From the NCBI GenBank assembly GCA_963848295.1, contig CAWKDB010000010.1, positions 2,688,001 to 2,752,000 of the forward strand: a stretch of 64,000 nucleotides of DNA, given 5' to 3'. Origin of the DNA: an uncultured delta proteobacterium (GTDB lineage Bacteria > Myxococcota_A > Polyangia > Haliangiales > Haliangiaceae). Positions within the stretch are counted from its first letter, which is position 1, and each line of letters opens with the position of its first letter. This document shows, piece by piece, positions 21,258 to 32,363 of this stretch. The position numbers and the translations under genes were made by a program. The notes under the pieces are model-generated. The model did not search any database, was not told the DNA's origin, and saw only the letters and a program-made list of their open reading frames with translations.

Positions 21258-22058
21258 CTACCGCGCGGCGGTGGGGCCGAGCCCGAGCGTGACCGCGACC
21301 TCGATCGGCTTGCCGCCGCGCAACCCGGTGAACCGCACGGTCTGACCGGCACGCGCCGCGACCGTGTGCTGCAGCGTCGGACCGTCGATGATCACCGCTC
21401 CGTCGAGCGCGAGCAGCAAGTCTCCGGGCATCACGCCGGCGATGAACGCGGGCGAACCGTGGATCACCTCGAGCACGCGCACGCCGGTGTTGCGTTGCAG
21501 CTGCGTGCGCTGCGCCGGCGTGAGCTCGGCGATGTAAGCGCCGAACGGGCTCGGCTTGAGCTTGGCCCAGAACGTCGCGGTGTAGTTGTAGCGCGCGACG
21601 TCGACGTCTTCGGTCATCGTCGTGTAGTTGTCGTCGGTGCGCGAGTGCGAGTGCTCGTTGCCGTGAGCATCGGTCCTCGTCCACGTCGTGACGCTCGGGT
21701 TATCGACGGTGTGATCGACCTGCTGGGTCTGGGTGCCCGCGTCGCTGTCATAGAGCATCACGAGCGAGGCCTGGTGTTCGGCGGCGACCGAGCGGGCCAG
21801 CGCTTCGGATTCGGCCGGCGTCAGCTCGTTGTTCTCGAACTCGGAGTAACCGACCTTGACGTAGCCTTGCTCGAACAGCGTGCGGTTGTCCGCGTCGATC
21901 GACGCGCCGTGGATGATCCGCGCCGGCCCGGACGCCGGTTCGAGCTTCGCCGCGGTGTTGGCGTCGACCGGGCCGAGCTTGTCGATGTAGTAATCGCGGT
22001 AGGCGTTCGGACCGGCGATGCAACCCGTGGCGAGGAGGGTGAAGAGCAAGTAGCGCAT
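21258..22058 (-). CDS. Lipoprotein with C-terminal PDZ domain
   Basis: LATGC lipobox; GVRVLEVIHGSPAFIAGVMPGDLLLALDG. Confidence 0.85.
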   Translation of the reverse strand: MRYLLFTLLATGCIAGPNAYRDYYIDKLGPVDANTAAKLEPASGPARIIHGASIDADNRTLFEQGYVKVGYSEFENNELTPAESEALARSVAAEHQASLVMLYDSDAGTQTQQVDHTVDNPSVTTWTRTDAHGNEHSHSRTDDNYTTMTEDVDVARYNYTATFWAKLKPSPFGAYIAELTPAQRTQLQRNTGVRVLEVIHGSPAFIAGVMPGDLLLALDGAVIIDGPTLQHTVAARAGQTVRFTGLRGGKPIEVAVTLGLGPTAAR

Positions 22059-22145
22059 GTCTGCAATAGACATCCGCGACGCGAAGCGCTCGTTGCGTTG
22101 GTGTCAACAAGCGTGGACGTCAGCTGCCGGACCGTACAACCCGGA

Positions 22146-22475
22146 TCACGCCGCGGCGCGCGCGGTCGCTTCGATCGGCAAGCCTGCCTTCACCCAGGAG
22201 GTGGTCCCGCCATCGAGGCTATAGACATGGGTGTAGCCGAAGCGGGCCGCGAGCTTCGCCGCCGACAAGCTGCGGACTCCGCGCGCGCAGACAAACACGA
22301 TCGCGTCGCGGCGCGGCAGCGCGGCTTCGACATCGGCGCGGAGGTCATCGAGCGGCACGAGCCGCGCGCCCGGAATGTGCCCGGCCGCGAACTCGTCCGC
22401 ATCGCGGACGTCGACGAGCTCGGCGCCGTGCGCCAGGAGCTCCGCGATCTCGGCGGCGGTGAGCGTTTCGACCAT
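22146..22475 (-). CDS. Single-domain rhodanese (sulfurtransferase)
   Basis: LVDVR..EF.AGHIPGA, active-site loop CARGVRS, LDGG..W. Confidence 0.92.
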   Translation of the reverse strand: MVETLTAAEIAELLAHGAELVDVRDADEFAAGHIPGARLVPLDDLRADVEAALPRRDAIVFVCARGVRSLSAAKLAARFGYTHVYSLDGGTTSWVKAGLPIEATARAAA

Positions 22476-22613
22476 GCATCCGTTATAACGGCGGACGTCA
22501 TGGTATGCAAGGGGTCTGTTTTAGCGGATGCCATAACTACACGTAACCACGTGAGATTATCGAGGTGTGCGTCCGCGGGAGTAGAATACGCGACGGTCGT
22601 CGAGCGTTACCGC

Positions 22614-23612
22614 GTGGTGCTTCGACCGCTGGCCATCGTGATCGCGAGCGCTGCCCTACTCTCGCGCGCTGTGGCGGCGGCTCCCGCCGTGGTCGATCCG
22701 ACGCCGGTCGAAGTCATCGGCATCACCGACGCGGTTCAGCTCGCGAGCTCGGCGTACGCGGATCGAACCTGCGCGCGCCGGGCGAACGGTCACGTCGTTT
22801 GTTGGGGCGGACGATTCACCGGCAACACCGGAGTCGTCGATCCCAAACCGGTCGAGGTTCCGGGGCTGTCCGACGCGGTCGATGTCGCGGTATCGGTCCA
22901 CAATGCGTGCGCGCGCAAGCGCGATGGCTCGGTCGTGTGCTGGGGCGCCAAAGACGCGAACGAACGAGTCGTGTGGACCACGCCGACGCCGGTGCCCGCG
23001 CTCGCCCGGACCACGGTGCTCTACGGCGATGCGATGACCTGCGGCGCCGGTCCGAACGTGCTCGCGTGCACCGACGGAAGCGACAGCGTGTTTCATCCCG
23101 TCCCGGGTGCACCGCGGCGGGTCTGGCGCGGTGACAAGGGCCGGTGGGAGTGGCGCTGCTTCGAGGTCGCGAGCGCGATCACGTGCGAGGTCTCGTACGC
23201 CGAGCGCCATGCGGGCACCTCGCTCGCGCTCGAGACCGACTTCGGCGACCTCGACGGGATCCGCGACCTCGCCCTGCCGAGCGACTCGATCGACACGACC
23301 TGCGTCGTGCGCCGCGGCGGCAGCGTCGAATGCCGCGCGAACGAGGACGCACCAGGCAGCTACGTGGCGATCTCCGCGCTGGCCGACGTCGTCGCGCTGC
23401 GACACGGTTGCGCGTTGCGCGCCAACGGCACGGTCGCGTGCTGGGACGAAGGCGGCCGCCAGCGCGACGCGGTCAAAGCGGTCGCGGGGATCACCGACGC
23501 GGTCGAGCTCGTCGCCGGTGACGTGCACTATTGCGTGCGGCGCAAGACCGGCCACGTCGCCTGCTGGGGGTACATCGGACTCCTCGGCGACGGCCGAAGA
23601 CCTACGCCGTAG
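22614..23612 (+). CDS. Secreted RCC1-like repeat protein
   Basis: Repeats of CA.R.DG.V.CWG and P.EV.G..DAV; start approximate. Confidence 0.75.
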   Translation: MVLRPLAIVIASAALLSRAVAAAPAVVDPTPVEVIGITDAVQLASSAYADRTCARRANGHVVCWGGRFTGNTGVVDPKPVEVPGLSDAVDVAVSVHNACARKRDGSVVCWGAKDANERVVWTTPTPVPALARTTVLYGDAMTCGAGPNVLACTDGSDSVFHPVPGAPRRVWRGDKGRWEWRCFEVASAITCEVSYAERHAGTSLALETDFGDLDGIRDLALPSDSIDTTCVVRRGGSVECRANEDAPGSYVAISALADVVALRHGCALRANGTVACWDEGGRQRDAVKAVAGITDAVELVAGDVHYCVRRKTGHVACWGYIGLLGDGRRPTP

Positions 23613-23613
23613 C

Positions 23614-25299
23614 TCAGGCCGGCGCGCCGGATTGCAGGCGATGCAGCGCCTCGACCAGCGCATCGACGTCCTCGGACACGTTGTACAGCGCGAGCGAGGC
23701 GCGCACCGTGGCCTCGAGGCCGAACCGCCGGAGGATCGGCTGAGCGCAGTGATGGCCCGAGCGCACCGCGATGCCGTCCTGGTCGAGCGCGGCGCCGATG
23801 TCCTCGGTGCGATGACCGTCGAGCACGAAGCTCAAGACGCCGGCCTTGTTTGGCGACGTGCCGATCATCGTCAGGCCCGGCACGGTCGCGAGGCGCTCGG
23901 TCGCGTACTCCAGCAGCTCGTGCTCGTAGCGATCGATGACGTCCATCCCGATCGCCATGATGTAGTCGAGCGCGGTGCCGAGGCCCGCGGCGTCGGCGAT
24001 ACTGCCGGTGCCGGCCTCGAACCGGAACGGCGGCGGTTGATAGACCGTCTTCTCGAACGTGACGTCGGCGATCATGTTGCCGCCGCCCTGCCACGGCGGC
24101 ATCGCATCGAGGATCGCGCTCTTGCCGAACACCGCGCCGATCCCGGTCGGTGCGAACACCTTGTGGCCGGAGAACACGTAGAAGTCGCAGTCGAGATCCT
24201 GGACGTCGACCGGCATGTGCGAGACCGCTTGTGCGCCGTCGAGCGCGACCACCGCACCGTAGCGATGCGCGATCGCGATCATCTCTTTCGCCGGCGTGAT
24301 CGTGCCGAGCGCGTTCGAGACCTGTGGAAACGCGACGAGCTTCGTGTGGCGACCGAGCAAGCGCTCGTAGGCTTCGAGCATCACGTCGCCGCGATCGTCG
24401 ACCGGCGCGACCTTGAGCTTCGCGCCCGTCGCGGTGCACAGCTGTTGCCACGGCACGATGTTCGCGTGGTGCTCGAGGTGCGTGATCACGATCTCGTCGC
24501 CGGCTTCGATGTTGCGCCGGCCCCAGCTCTGCGCGATCAGGTTGATGCCCTCGGTCGCGCCGCGCACGAAGATGATCTCCGACGACGATGGCGCGTTGAG
24601 GAACTGCTGCGTGGTCTTGCGGCCTTGCTCGTACGCATCGGTGGCGCGCGCCGCGAGGGTGTGCGCCGCGCGATGGATGTTCGAGTTCTCGTGCGTGTAG
24701 AACTCGCGGAGCCGCTCGATCACGGCGAGCGGTTTCTGCGTCGTCGCCGCGTTGTCGAGCCAGACCAGGCGCTTGCCGTGGACGCGCTCCTCCAGGATCG
24801 GAAAGTCGCGGCGCACCGCGTAGGGATCGAACGCGCCGCGTTGCCGGACCGAGCGCGCGAGCGAATCGTCCTGCGCCGCCGAGTCGCGCGGCAGCTCGAG
24901 GTGCGAGAAGTCGAGCTCGGGCGGCGCATGCGCCGGCAGGTAATTGGGCGGTGCGTCGATCGCGATCGGCGGGCCTCCGAGATCGGGCACGCCGCCGAGC
25001 GGAAGCGCGGGCGCCTGCAACGCGTTCGGCACCGATCCCGACATCGGCGAGAGCGAGGTCGGCACACCGGCGCCTGGGAACGCCTGCGACGCGAGCTGTT
25101 GCAGCGCGAGCGAGAGCCCGGCCGGATCCTCGAACGGTGCGCCCGGCGGAACCCCCGCCGAGGTCGCGAGCCCGGGGCTCGCACTCGACAGCGCGTACGG
25201 CACCGGCATCGGCGCGAGCGCCGGGACGATCCCGCCGCCGGCGTCGATCACCTGACCGAGTGGACCGCGCAGCTCGTGCGGAGGCTGATCACTTGTCAT
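23614..25299 (-). CDS. SufS-like cysteine desulfurase with long Pro/Ala-rich N-terminal extension (family 2A encapsulin cargo)
   Basis: RRDFPIL, LDNAATTQKP, HHANIVPWQ, FSGHK (PLP Lys), RSGHHCAQP (catalytic Cys); about 150-aa low-complexity N-terminus. Confidence 0.93.
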   Translation of the reverse strand: MTSDQPPHELRGPLGQVIDAGGGIVPALAPMPVPYALSSASPGLATSAGVPPGAPFEDPAGLSLALQQLASQAFPGAGVPTSLSPMSGSVPNALQAPALPLGGVPDLGGPPIAIDAPPNYLPAHAPPELDFSHLELPRDSAAQDDSLARSVRQRGAFDPYAVRRDFPILEERVHGKRLVWLDNAATTQKPLAVIERLREFYTHENSNIHRAAHTLAARATDAYEQGRKTTQQFLNAPSSSEIIFVRGATEGINLIAQSWGRRNIEAGDEIVITHLEHHANIVPWQQLCTATGAKLKVAPVDDRGDVMLEAYERLLGRHTKLVAFPQVSNALGTITPAKEMIAIAHRYGAVVALDGAQAVSHMPVDVQDLDCDFYVFSGHKVFAPTGIGAVFGKSAILDAMPPWQGGGNMIADVTFEKTVYQPPPFRFEAGTGSIADAAGLGTALDYIMAIGMDVIDRYEHELLEYATERLATVPGLTMIGTSPNKAGVLSFVLDGHRTEDIGAALDQDGIAVRSGHHCAQPILRRFGLEATVRASLALYNVSEDVDALVEALHRLQSGAPA

Positions 25300-26200
25300 G
25301 GTACTGGTCGACCTCGACGCCCTCGAGCACGCCGATCGCGTCATCGGTGAGCACCGCAGCCGAGCAGTACAGCGAGATCAAGTAGCCGGCCGCGCCGCGC
25401 GTGTTGATCCCCATGAAGCGGATCGACAAGCTCGGGCTGACCTCGCCCGGGATCCCGGGTTGGAACAGGCCGATCACGCCGCGCTTCTTCTCGCCGGTGC
25501 GCATCAACATGATGTCGGTCTTCTTGCCCGACACGTGCAGCTTGTCGCACGGCACGAGTGGCAGGCCGCGCCAGGTCAGCATCGGCGAGCCGAACAGCGT
25601 CACCGTCGGGGGTGGCACGCCGCGGCGCGTACATTCGCGACCGAACGCCGCGATCGCGCGCGGGTGTGCGAGGAAGAACGCCGGTTCTTTCCAGACGCGC
25701 GCGATCAGCTCGTCGAGATCGTCGGGCGTCGGCGCGCCGCCGCGCGGCTTGACCTTCATCGAGTCGTGCACGCTGTTGAGCAAGCCGTACGAGCCGTTGT
25801 TGACGAGCTCGTCTTCCTGCTTTTCTTTCATGCGCTCGACCGCGACCGCGAGCTGCTCTTTGACCTGATCCATCGGGCTGCGGAACAAGTCGGAGATCCG
25901 GGTGTGGACCTCGATCGAGGTCGTCACCGTCGTCAGCTGGTACTCGCGCGGCTTGTCGGCGTAATCGATCACCGCGAGCGGAAGCTCGGCCTGATCGTCG
26001 GGCGTGCACTCGACCGCGAACTTCGTATCGAGCACGCGATTGACGCGATAGACGCCGGCTTCGACCGGAGTCCAGGGCAGCAGCCCGACGAGCCAGCGCG
26101 GCGTCGATCCGAGCCACTGCGGCGGCGTCTTCGTGGTGTTCGCGAGCTGACGAGCGGCGCGTTCGCCGAGGGTGCGATGATCGGCTGACGATTCGGCCAT
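25289..26200 (-). CDS. Family 2A encapsulin shell protein (SrpI / major membrane protein I type)
   Basis: AARQLANTTKT.PQ, TPRWL..LLPW.PVEAG.YRVNR, YGLL, PTPDDLDELI..VWKEPAFFLAHP.AIAAFGRECTRRGVPP. Confidence 0.93.
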   Translation of the reverse strand: MAESSADHRTLGERAARQLANTTKTPPQWLGSTPRWLVGLLPWTPVEAGVYRVNRVLDTKFAVECTPDDQAELPLAVIDYADKPREYQLTTVTTSIEVHTRISDLFRSPMDQVKEQLAVAVERMKEKQEDELVNNGSYGLLNSVHDSMKVKPRGGAPTPDDLDELIARVWKEPAFFLAHPRAIAAFGRECTRRGVPPPTVTLFGSPMLTWRGLPLVPCDKLHVSGKKTDIMLMRTGEKKRGVIGLFQPGIPGEVSPSLSIRFMGINTRGAAGYLISLYCSAAVLTDDAIGVLEGVEVDQYHDK

Positions 26201-26284
26201 GATGTGTGGGCGTGAATAACACGCGCGCCGATCGCGAGACGAGTCGCGCGATGCCCAAGACACGCGTCCGTTCTTGCGGATGCG

Positions 26285-27031
26285 TTATCCGAGGCCGAGG
26301 CGGTCTTTGAGCGCGCGCACGCGATCGCGAGCGACGGTGAGCTCGGTCGTCCCGTCGCCGAGCCGCACGCGCGTGCCATCGGCGCCGGCGTGGACCTCGA
26401 CGATCGCGGCGAGCCGGACGAGCGTCGCGCGGTGAATCCGGAAGAACCCGGCGCGCGCGTAGCGGTCTTCGAGCTCGGAGATCGACGGGTCGACGACATA
26501 GCTACGCTCGCCGACGACCGCGTAGCTCAGCTTGTCCTCGGCGTAGAAATGGCTGATCCGATCGAGCTCGACGAGGTGGATCTTGTCGCCGAGCCGCGAC
26601 GCGATCCGGTCGGCGCTGGCCGCCGCCGCGATCCGCGCCATCGCCGCGACGAGCTGGGCATCGGCGTCGTGCGACGCGCGTAGCCGATCGAGCTTGTCGA
26701 GCGCGCGCGATAGCTCGTCGTCGCGCACCGGTTTCATCAAGTAGTCGATCGCGTTGACCTCGAACGCGCGCAAGGCGTGCTCGTCGTGTGCGGTCGTGAA
26801 CACGATCATCACGGTCGCGGGCAAGCGACGCGCGACCTCGAAGCCGTCGAGCTCGGGCATCGAGATGTCGAGGAACACCGCGTCGACGTGGAGCGACGCG
26901 ATGCGAGCGACCGCGTCGGCCGGATCGGTGGCGTGCCCGGCGACCTCGACGCGACCGGTCGCTTCGAGCATGCGCTCGAGCCGCTTGATCGCGAGCGGCT
27001 CGTCGTCGACCACGAACACGCGGCGCTTCAC
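26285..27031 (-). CDS. LytTR-family response regulator
   Basis: REC domain (VDDE, FLDISMP, TA, DYLMKP) plus LytTR domain (FFRIHRATLV). Confidence 0.93.
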   Translation of the reverse strand: MKRRVFVVDDEPLAIKRLERMLEATGRVEVAGHATDPADAVARIASLHVDAVFLDISMPELDGFEVARRLPATVMIVFTTAHDEHALRAFEVNAIDYLMKPVRDDELSRALDKLDRLRASHDADAQLVAAMARIAAAASADRIASRLGDKIHLVELDRISHFYAEDKLSYAVVGERSYVVDPSISELEDRYARAGFFRIHRATLVRLAAIVEVHAGADGTRVRLGDGTTELTVARDRVRALKDRLGLG

Positions 27032-28059
27032 GCGGCCTCCGCCGGCAACTCGATCGTGACGGCGGCGCCGGTCGTCGCCGCCGCGGGCGCGACGAGGGTC
27101 GCGCGCGCGCCGTACAGCGCGTCGAGCCGAGCGCGCAAACCGTCGAGGCCATGTCCCGCGCGCCAGACCTCCCCGGAAAACCCCGGGCCATCGTCGCGAA
27201 CCTCGATCGACAGCCGGTCGCCTGCGCGCCGCGCGGACACGTGAATCGCCGCTCCACTGGTTCGCGGCGACACCGCGTACTTCACGCTGTTCTCGACCAG
27301 CGTCTGCACCGCGAACGCCGGCACGCGCACGTTCGCGAGCTCGGCCGGTGCGTCGACGTCGAACCGCAAGCGGTCGCCGAATCGCACCCGCTCGATCTCG
27401 AGATAGTCGCCGACGATGCGCAGCTCTTCGCCGAGCGCGACGCTGCCGTGCGCGTCGAGCGAGAACCGCAACAAGCCCGCGAGCCGCTCGAGCACGTTCT
27501 CCGCGCGCGCAGGATCATCGGGGATGAGCGCGATCGCGCTGTTGAGTGCGTTGAACAGGAAGTGCGGGCGGACGCGTGACTCGAGCGACGCGAGCCGCGC
27601 CTCGGTCGCGGTCGTCTCGGTGTCGGCGATGCGCTGGTGCAACTGCGCGAACGACACTGCGCCCACGGTCACCGGCACCGCGATCGCGAGCGCGATCTTG
27701 AATCCGCCGACGTAGAAGTCCCAGAACGCGTCGCTCGGCACCCAGCCGATCGCGATCGTCGCGAGCCCGACGACGAGCGAGCCGACCGCGCTGAGCACGA
27801 GCAGCACGCCGGCGTAGCTGAACCAGCGCAGCAGCTCGGGCTTGCCGGCGAGATGGGGCTTGAGCCGGCGAAACACGTACGACGCCGGCAGGCCGATCGC
27901 GGCCGAGTACATCACCGAGATCGTCCACGACACCATCACCGACCGGAGCCCGAAGCGCGACGCGAACGCGATCGCGAAGGCCGCGCCGATCACGGCCGCG
28001 AGCACGGCCACGCGGAGCATGCCGCGGCGTCCCGTGTCCATCTCGCCCGAGCGTATCAT
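27028..28059 (-). CDS. LytS-type membrane sensor histidine kinase
   Basis: Four TMs; RPHFLFNALN, ERVRFGDRL, QTLVENSVKY, DDGPG. Confidence 0.93.
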   Translation of the reverse strand: MIRSGEMDTGRRGMLRVAVLAAVIGAAFAIAFASRFGLRSVMVSWTISVMYSAAIGLPASYVFRRLKPHLAGKPELLRWFSYAGVLLVLSAVGSLVVGLATIAIGWVPSDAFWDFYVGGFKIALAIAVPVTVGAVSFAQLHQRIADTETTATEARLASLESRVRPHFLFNALNSAIALIPDDPARAENVLERLAGLLRFSLDAHGSVALGEELRIVGDYLEIERVRFGDRLRFDVDAPAELANVRVPAFAVQTLVENSVKYAVSPRTSGAAIHVSARRAGDRLSIEVRDDGPGFSGEVWRAGHGLDGLRARLDALYGARATLVAPAAATTGAAVTIELPAEAA

Positions 28060-28733
28060 CGCCCGTGGCAGTCGTTACACGTCGTCCGCTCGACGGCGGC
28101 GCCCGCGACCCGCGCCTTCGCGCTCGGCAACAGCAGGCTACCGGTTGCGTCGTGCTCCATCCGCTCGTACGCGAGGCGCGCCTTGTCCTTGTCGCCGAGC
28201 GTCGCGTAGGCGTCGGTCAAGCCGTAGAGCAGCTGCTCGCGCGCATGCAGCGTGAGCTTCGCGAAGTACGTCTGCTGGACCGCGAGCGTCATCTCGTAGT
28301 CGCTCACCGCGAGCCTGAGCAACCGCGACTTCTCCGGCTCCGGGACGAACGCCGCCGCTCCCATCAGCGCCGCGCCGCGCGGGATGCGTACGCCGACATC
28401 GTTCGGGGCGAGCTCGACCGCATGATCCATCTCGGCGATGCCGGTCCGATACAGCGCGAGCCCGGCGACGCGATCGCCGGCGCGAAACTTGAACGCGGAC
28501 TGCACGACGACGGCCGCGCCGTGCCACACCAGCGCTTCGGCGTTGCGCGGATTGACCGCGAGCGCGTCGTCACATCGCTTGATCGCGCGGGCGAGTGCCG
28601 GCGCGTCGCCGCGAGTACCATCGAAGAAGTCTTGGCGAACTTGCTCGTCGAAACGGGGTGGTTTGGCAGGTGCCGGATCGGCGTAGGCGGTGGAACAAGC
28701 GGTGAGCGCGGCGATGAGGAGGATGGCTTTCAT
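28056..28733 (-). CDS. Exported helical/TPR-like protein with C-terminal CxxCH motif
   Basis: Signal peptide MKAILLIAALTAC; ALAVNPRNAEALVWHG and AVELAPND helices; ends in CNDCHGR; ATGA-coupled to the kinase. Confidence 0.75.
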   Translation of the reverse strand: MKAILLIAALTACSTAYADPAPAKPPRFDEQVRQDFFDGTRGDAPALARAIKRCDDALAVNPRNAEALVWHGAAVVVQSAFKFRAGDRVAGLALYRTGIAEMDHAVELAPNDVGVRIPRGAALMGAAAFVPEPEKSRLLRLAVSDYEMTLAVQQTYFAKLTLHAREQLLYGLTDAYATLGDKDKARLAYERMEHDATGSLLLPSAKARVAGAAVERTTCNDCHGR

Positions 28734-28776
28734 GCCGGCGATGTAAGGCCGCGCCGTGGTTCGCGGAATAGGCGTT

Positions 28777-28829
28777 CCGACGAACGGTCGTTATGCGCCG
28801 ACGAACGGCAGCTCTAGTCGGACGAGCCG
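28777..28829 (-). promoter_or_regulatory. LytTR (AlgR-like) direct-repeat boxes CCGTTCGTCGG with 21-bp period
   Basis: Identical 11-mers at 28777-28787 and 28798-28808, degenerate third at 28819-28829, upstream of the CxxCH-LytS-LytTR operon. Confidence 0.75.
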
Positions 28830-29231
28830 CTACGTCGCCGGCCAGACCGTCGTGACGTCGAGCTTCGCGCGACCGCCGTCGAGCTGCTGGGTCTGACCGC
28901 GATGCATCACGAGCACCGACTTGTTGCGAACCTCGTTCGATCCCGAGACCGTGCGCCAATCGAGCTCGACCCGGACGGCATCGACGCCTTCGAAGTAGCT
29001 GCACGCTTTGACCTCGTCTTCGTTCGTCGAGCTCTTGCTCGAGATCAACCCGCACGACCGGTCGTTGAGGATGATGCCGAGCCGGCGAACTCCCGTGCCG
29101 TCGTTGATCGCAAAGCGGAGGTTGACGTTCGAGATCGCTACCGTATGCGCGGGCGGTGGTTGCGGCGGATCGGCAAGCGCGGGAGCGCACAGCAACGTAG
29201 AGACGAGGGCGGTGGCGAGCAAAGTTTTCAT
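28830..29231 (-). CDS. Small secreted hypothetical protein with two Cys in the mature part
   Basis: Signal peptide MKTLLATALVSTLLCAPALA; beta-strand-rich. Confidence 0.7.
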   Translation of the reverse strand: MKTLLATALVSTLLCAPALADPPQPPPAHTVAISNVNLRFAINDGTGVRRLGIILNDRSCGLISSKSSTNEDEVKACSYFEGVDAVRVELDWRTVSGSNEVRNKSVLVMHRGQTQQLDGGRAKLDVTTVWPAT

Positions 29232-29244
29232 GCTCGCTGCGTAG

Positions 29245-29260
29245 AGCAAGCGATGGGCCA
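29245..29260 (-). promoter_or_regulatory. Putative sigma-54 -24/-12 promoter
   Basis: TGGCCCATCGCTTGCT (GG-N10-GC) just upstream of the ATG at 29231. Confidence 0.55.
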
Positions 29261-29370
29261 CGCGGTAACTGCGCGAGTCGGCGTCGCGGCGGCATCGCGA
29301 AGTGTCAGAACGTCACGCGCCGACGGCACGGGCAAGCCCGGCCGTCAGCACTGCCGCATGGCGGTGCGGT

Positions 29371-30444
29371 TCAGTCGACGAGATCCGTGGCGGCGTCGTT
29401 GACCGCGCGGCGCAGCGCTCGCATCGCCTCGGCGCTGCCGTCACCGCGCGTCGGATGGACGCGATTCGCGAGCAACGCGCACCATCGCCGGCGCGGCAGA
29501 TCGAGCCATAGCGACGTGCCGGTGAAGCCGAGGTGACCGACCGCACCATCGCGCGGCCAGCGATCGCCCGCTTGCGAGCTCCCCGGCGCCGGTGCAGGCG
29601 TGTCCCAGCCGAGCCGCCACGATCCACTCGCGACCGGCGCATCGCGGAAGAACCGCTCGACGATGTCCGGCGCGAACCGACCGCGCGCCTCGCCGTTGCC
29701 GGCTGCGACCATCGCCTCGGCGAACGCGGCGACATCGGCGATCGAGGCGAACAGGCCGGCGTGACCACAGACGCCACCGCCGTAGTACGCGTTCTCGTCG
29801 TGGACTCGGCCGCACACGAGGCCTCGATCGTCGAGCTCGGTCGCGACCGCGCCTGCGATCGCACGGGTCCCGGCGAACGTCGCGGCGAGGCCGAGCGGCT
29901 CGGCGACCCGCTGCGCGAACGCGAGCTCGAGCGGCAGGTCGGCGGCGCGCTCGAGCAACGCGCCGAGCGTGATGTAGCCGAGGTCGCTGTAGACCGCGGC
30001 AATGCCGGGCGGCTGACACGGCTCGCGCATCGCACGCGCGACGAGCTCGGCGCGCGGATCGGCCGGTGGCTGCGCGCGCAACGCGCGATACAGGTCGACG
30101 TGCGCGACGAAGCCGGCGGCGTGACCGAGCAGGTCGCGGACCGTGCCGGTCGACGAGGCGTCCGGTAAGTAGCTGCGAATCGGCGCGGCGAGGTCGAGTG
30201 CTCGCTCGCCGGCGAGCACCATCGCGATCGCGGCCGTCGCGATCGGCTTGGTCAGCGATGCGACATCGAACGGCGTCGCGTCGTCGATCGGCTCGCCGCG
30301 ATCCGGCACGCGCCGCGTGAACCCGCGCGCCAGGCGGAACACTTCTCGCCCGTGGTCTCCGACGGAGACCGCCGCCGCCGACCCGAGGCCGCTGGCGAGC
30401 GCGTCGTCGATGATCGCGGCGAGCGCTTCGCCCGTTCGGTCCAC
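29371..30444 (-). CDS. Serine hydrolase, class C beta-lactamase / esterase family
   Basis: FDVASLTK, LLGHAAG, YSDLG, VHDENA, GHAGLF, GHLGFTG. Confidence 0.9.
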   Translation of the reverse strand: MDRTGEALAAIIDDALASGLGSAAAVSVGDHGREVFRLARGFTRRVPDRGEPIDDATPFDVASLTKPIATAAIAMVLAGERALDLAAPIRSYLPDASSTGTVRDLLGHAAGFVAHVDLYRALRAQPPADPRAELVARAMREPCQPPGIAAVYSDLGYITLGALLERAADLPLELAFAQRVAEPLGLAATFAGTRAIAGAVATELDDRGLVCGRVHDENAYYGGGVCGHAGLFASIADVAAFAEAMVAAGNGEARGRFAPDIVERFFRDAPVASGSWRLGWDTPAPAPGSSQAGDRWPRDGAVGHLGFTGTSLWLDLPRRRWCALLANRVHPTRGDGSAEAMRALRRAVNDAATDLVD

Positions 30445-30470
30445 ACGTCACATGCTACTCTGCGGGGCGC

Positions 30471-32207
<1,737 letters not shown>

Positions 32208-32363
32208 CGGCGGACGTGAGACGGGCTCGGGCTCGGGCTCGGGAAAACTGATCGCCCGAGGGCCTCGTGCGTTTGTAGCGGGATGGCAACGATCCAGGGC
32301 AGTTGCGAGTTTCCGCACAAAGCTGGTCACGAACCGACGGCTGCTCCGCACATGGGAGGCGAG

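Noticed and set aside
29322..29367. Two adjacent GC hairpins as an intrinsic terminator
   Set aside because: No U-tract on either strand; such stems arise easily at this GC content.
32223..32243. (GGGCTC)3 microsatellite as a regulatory or phase-variable tract
   Set aside because: Too short, and common in GC-rich genomes.
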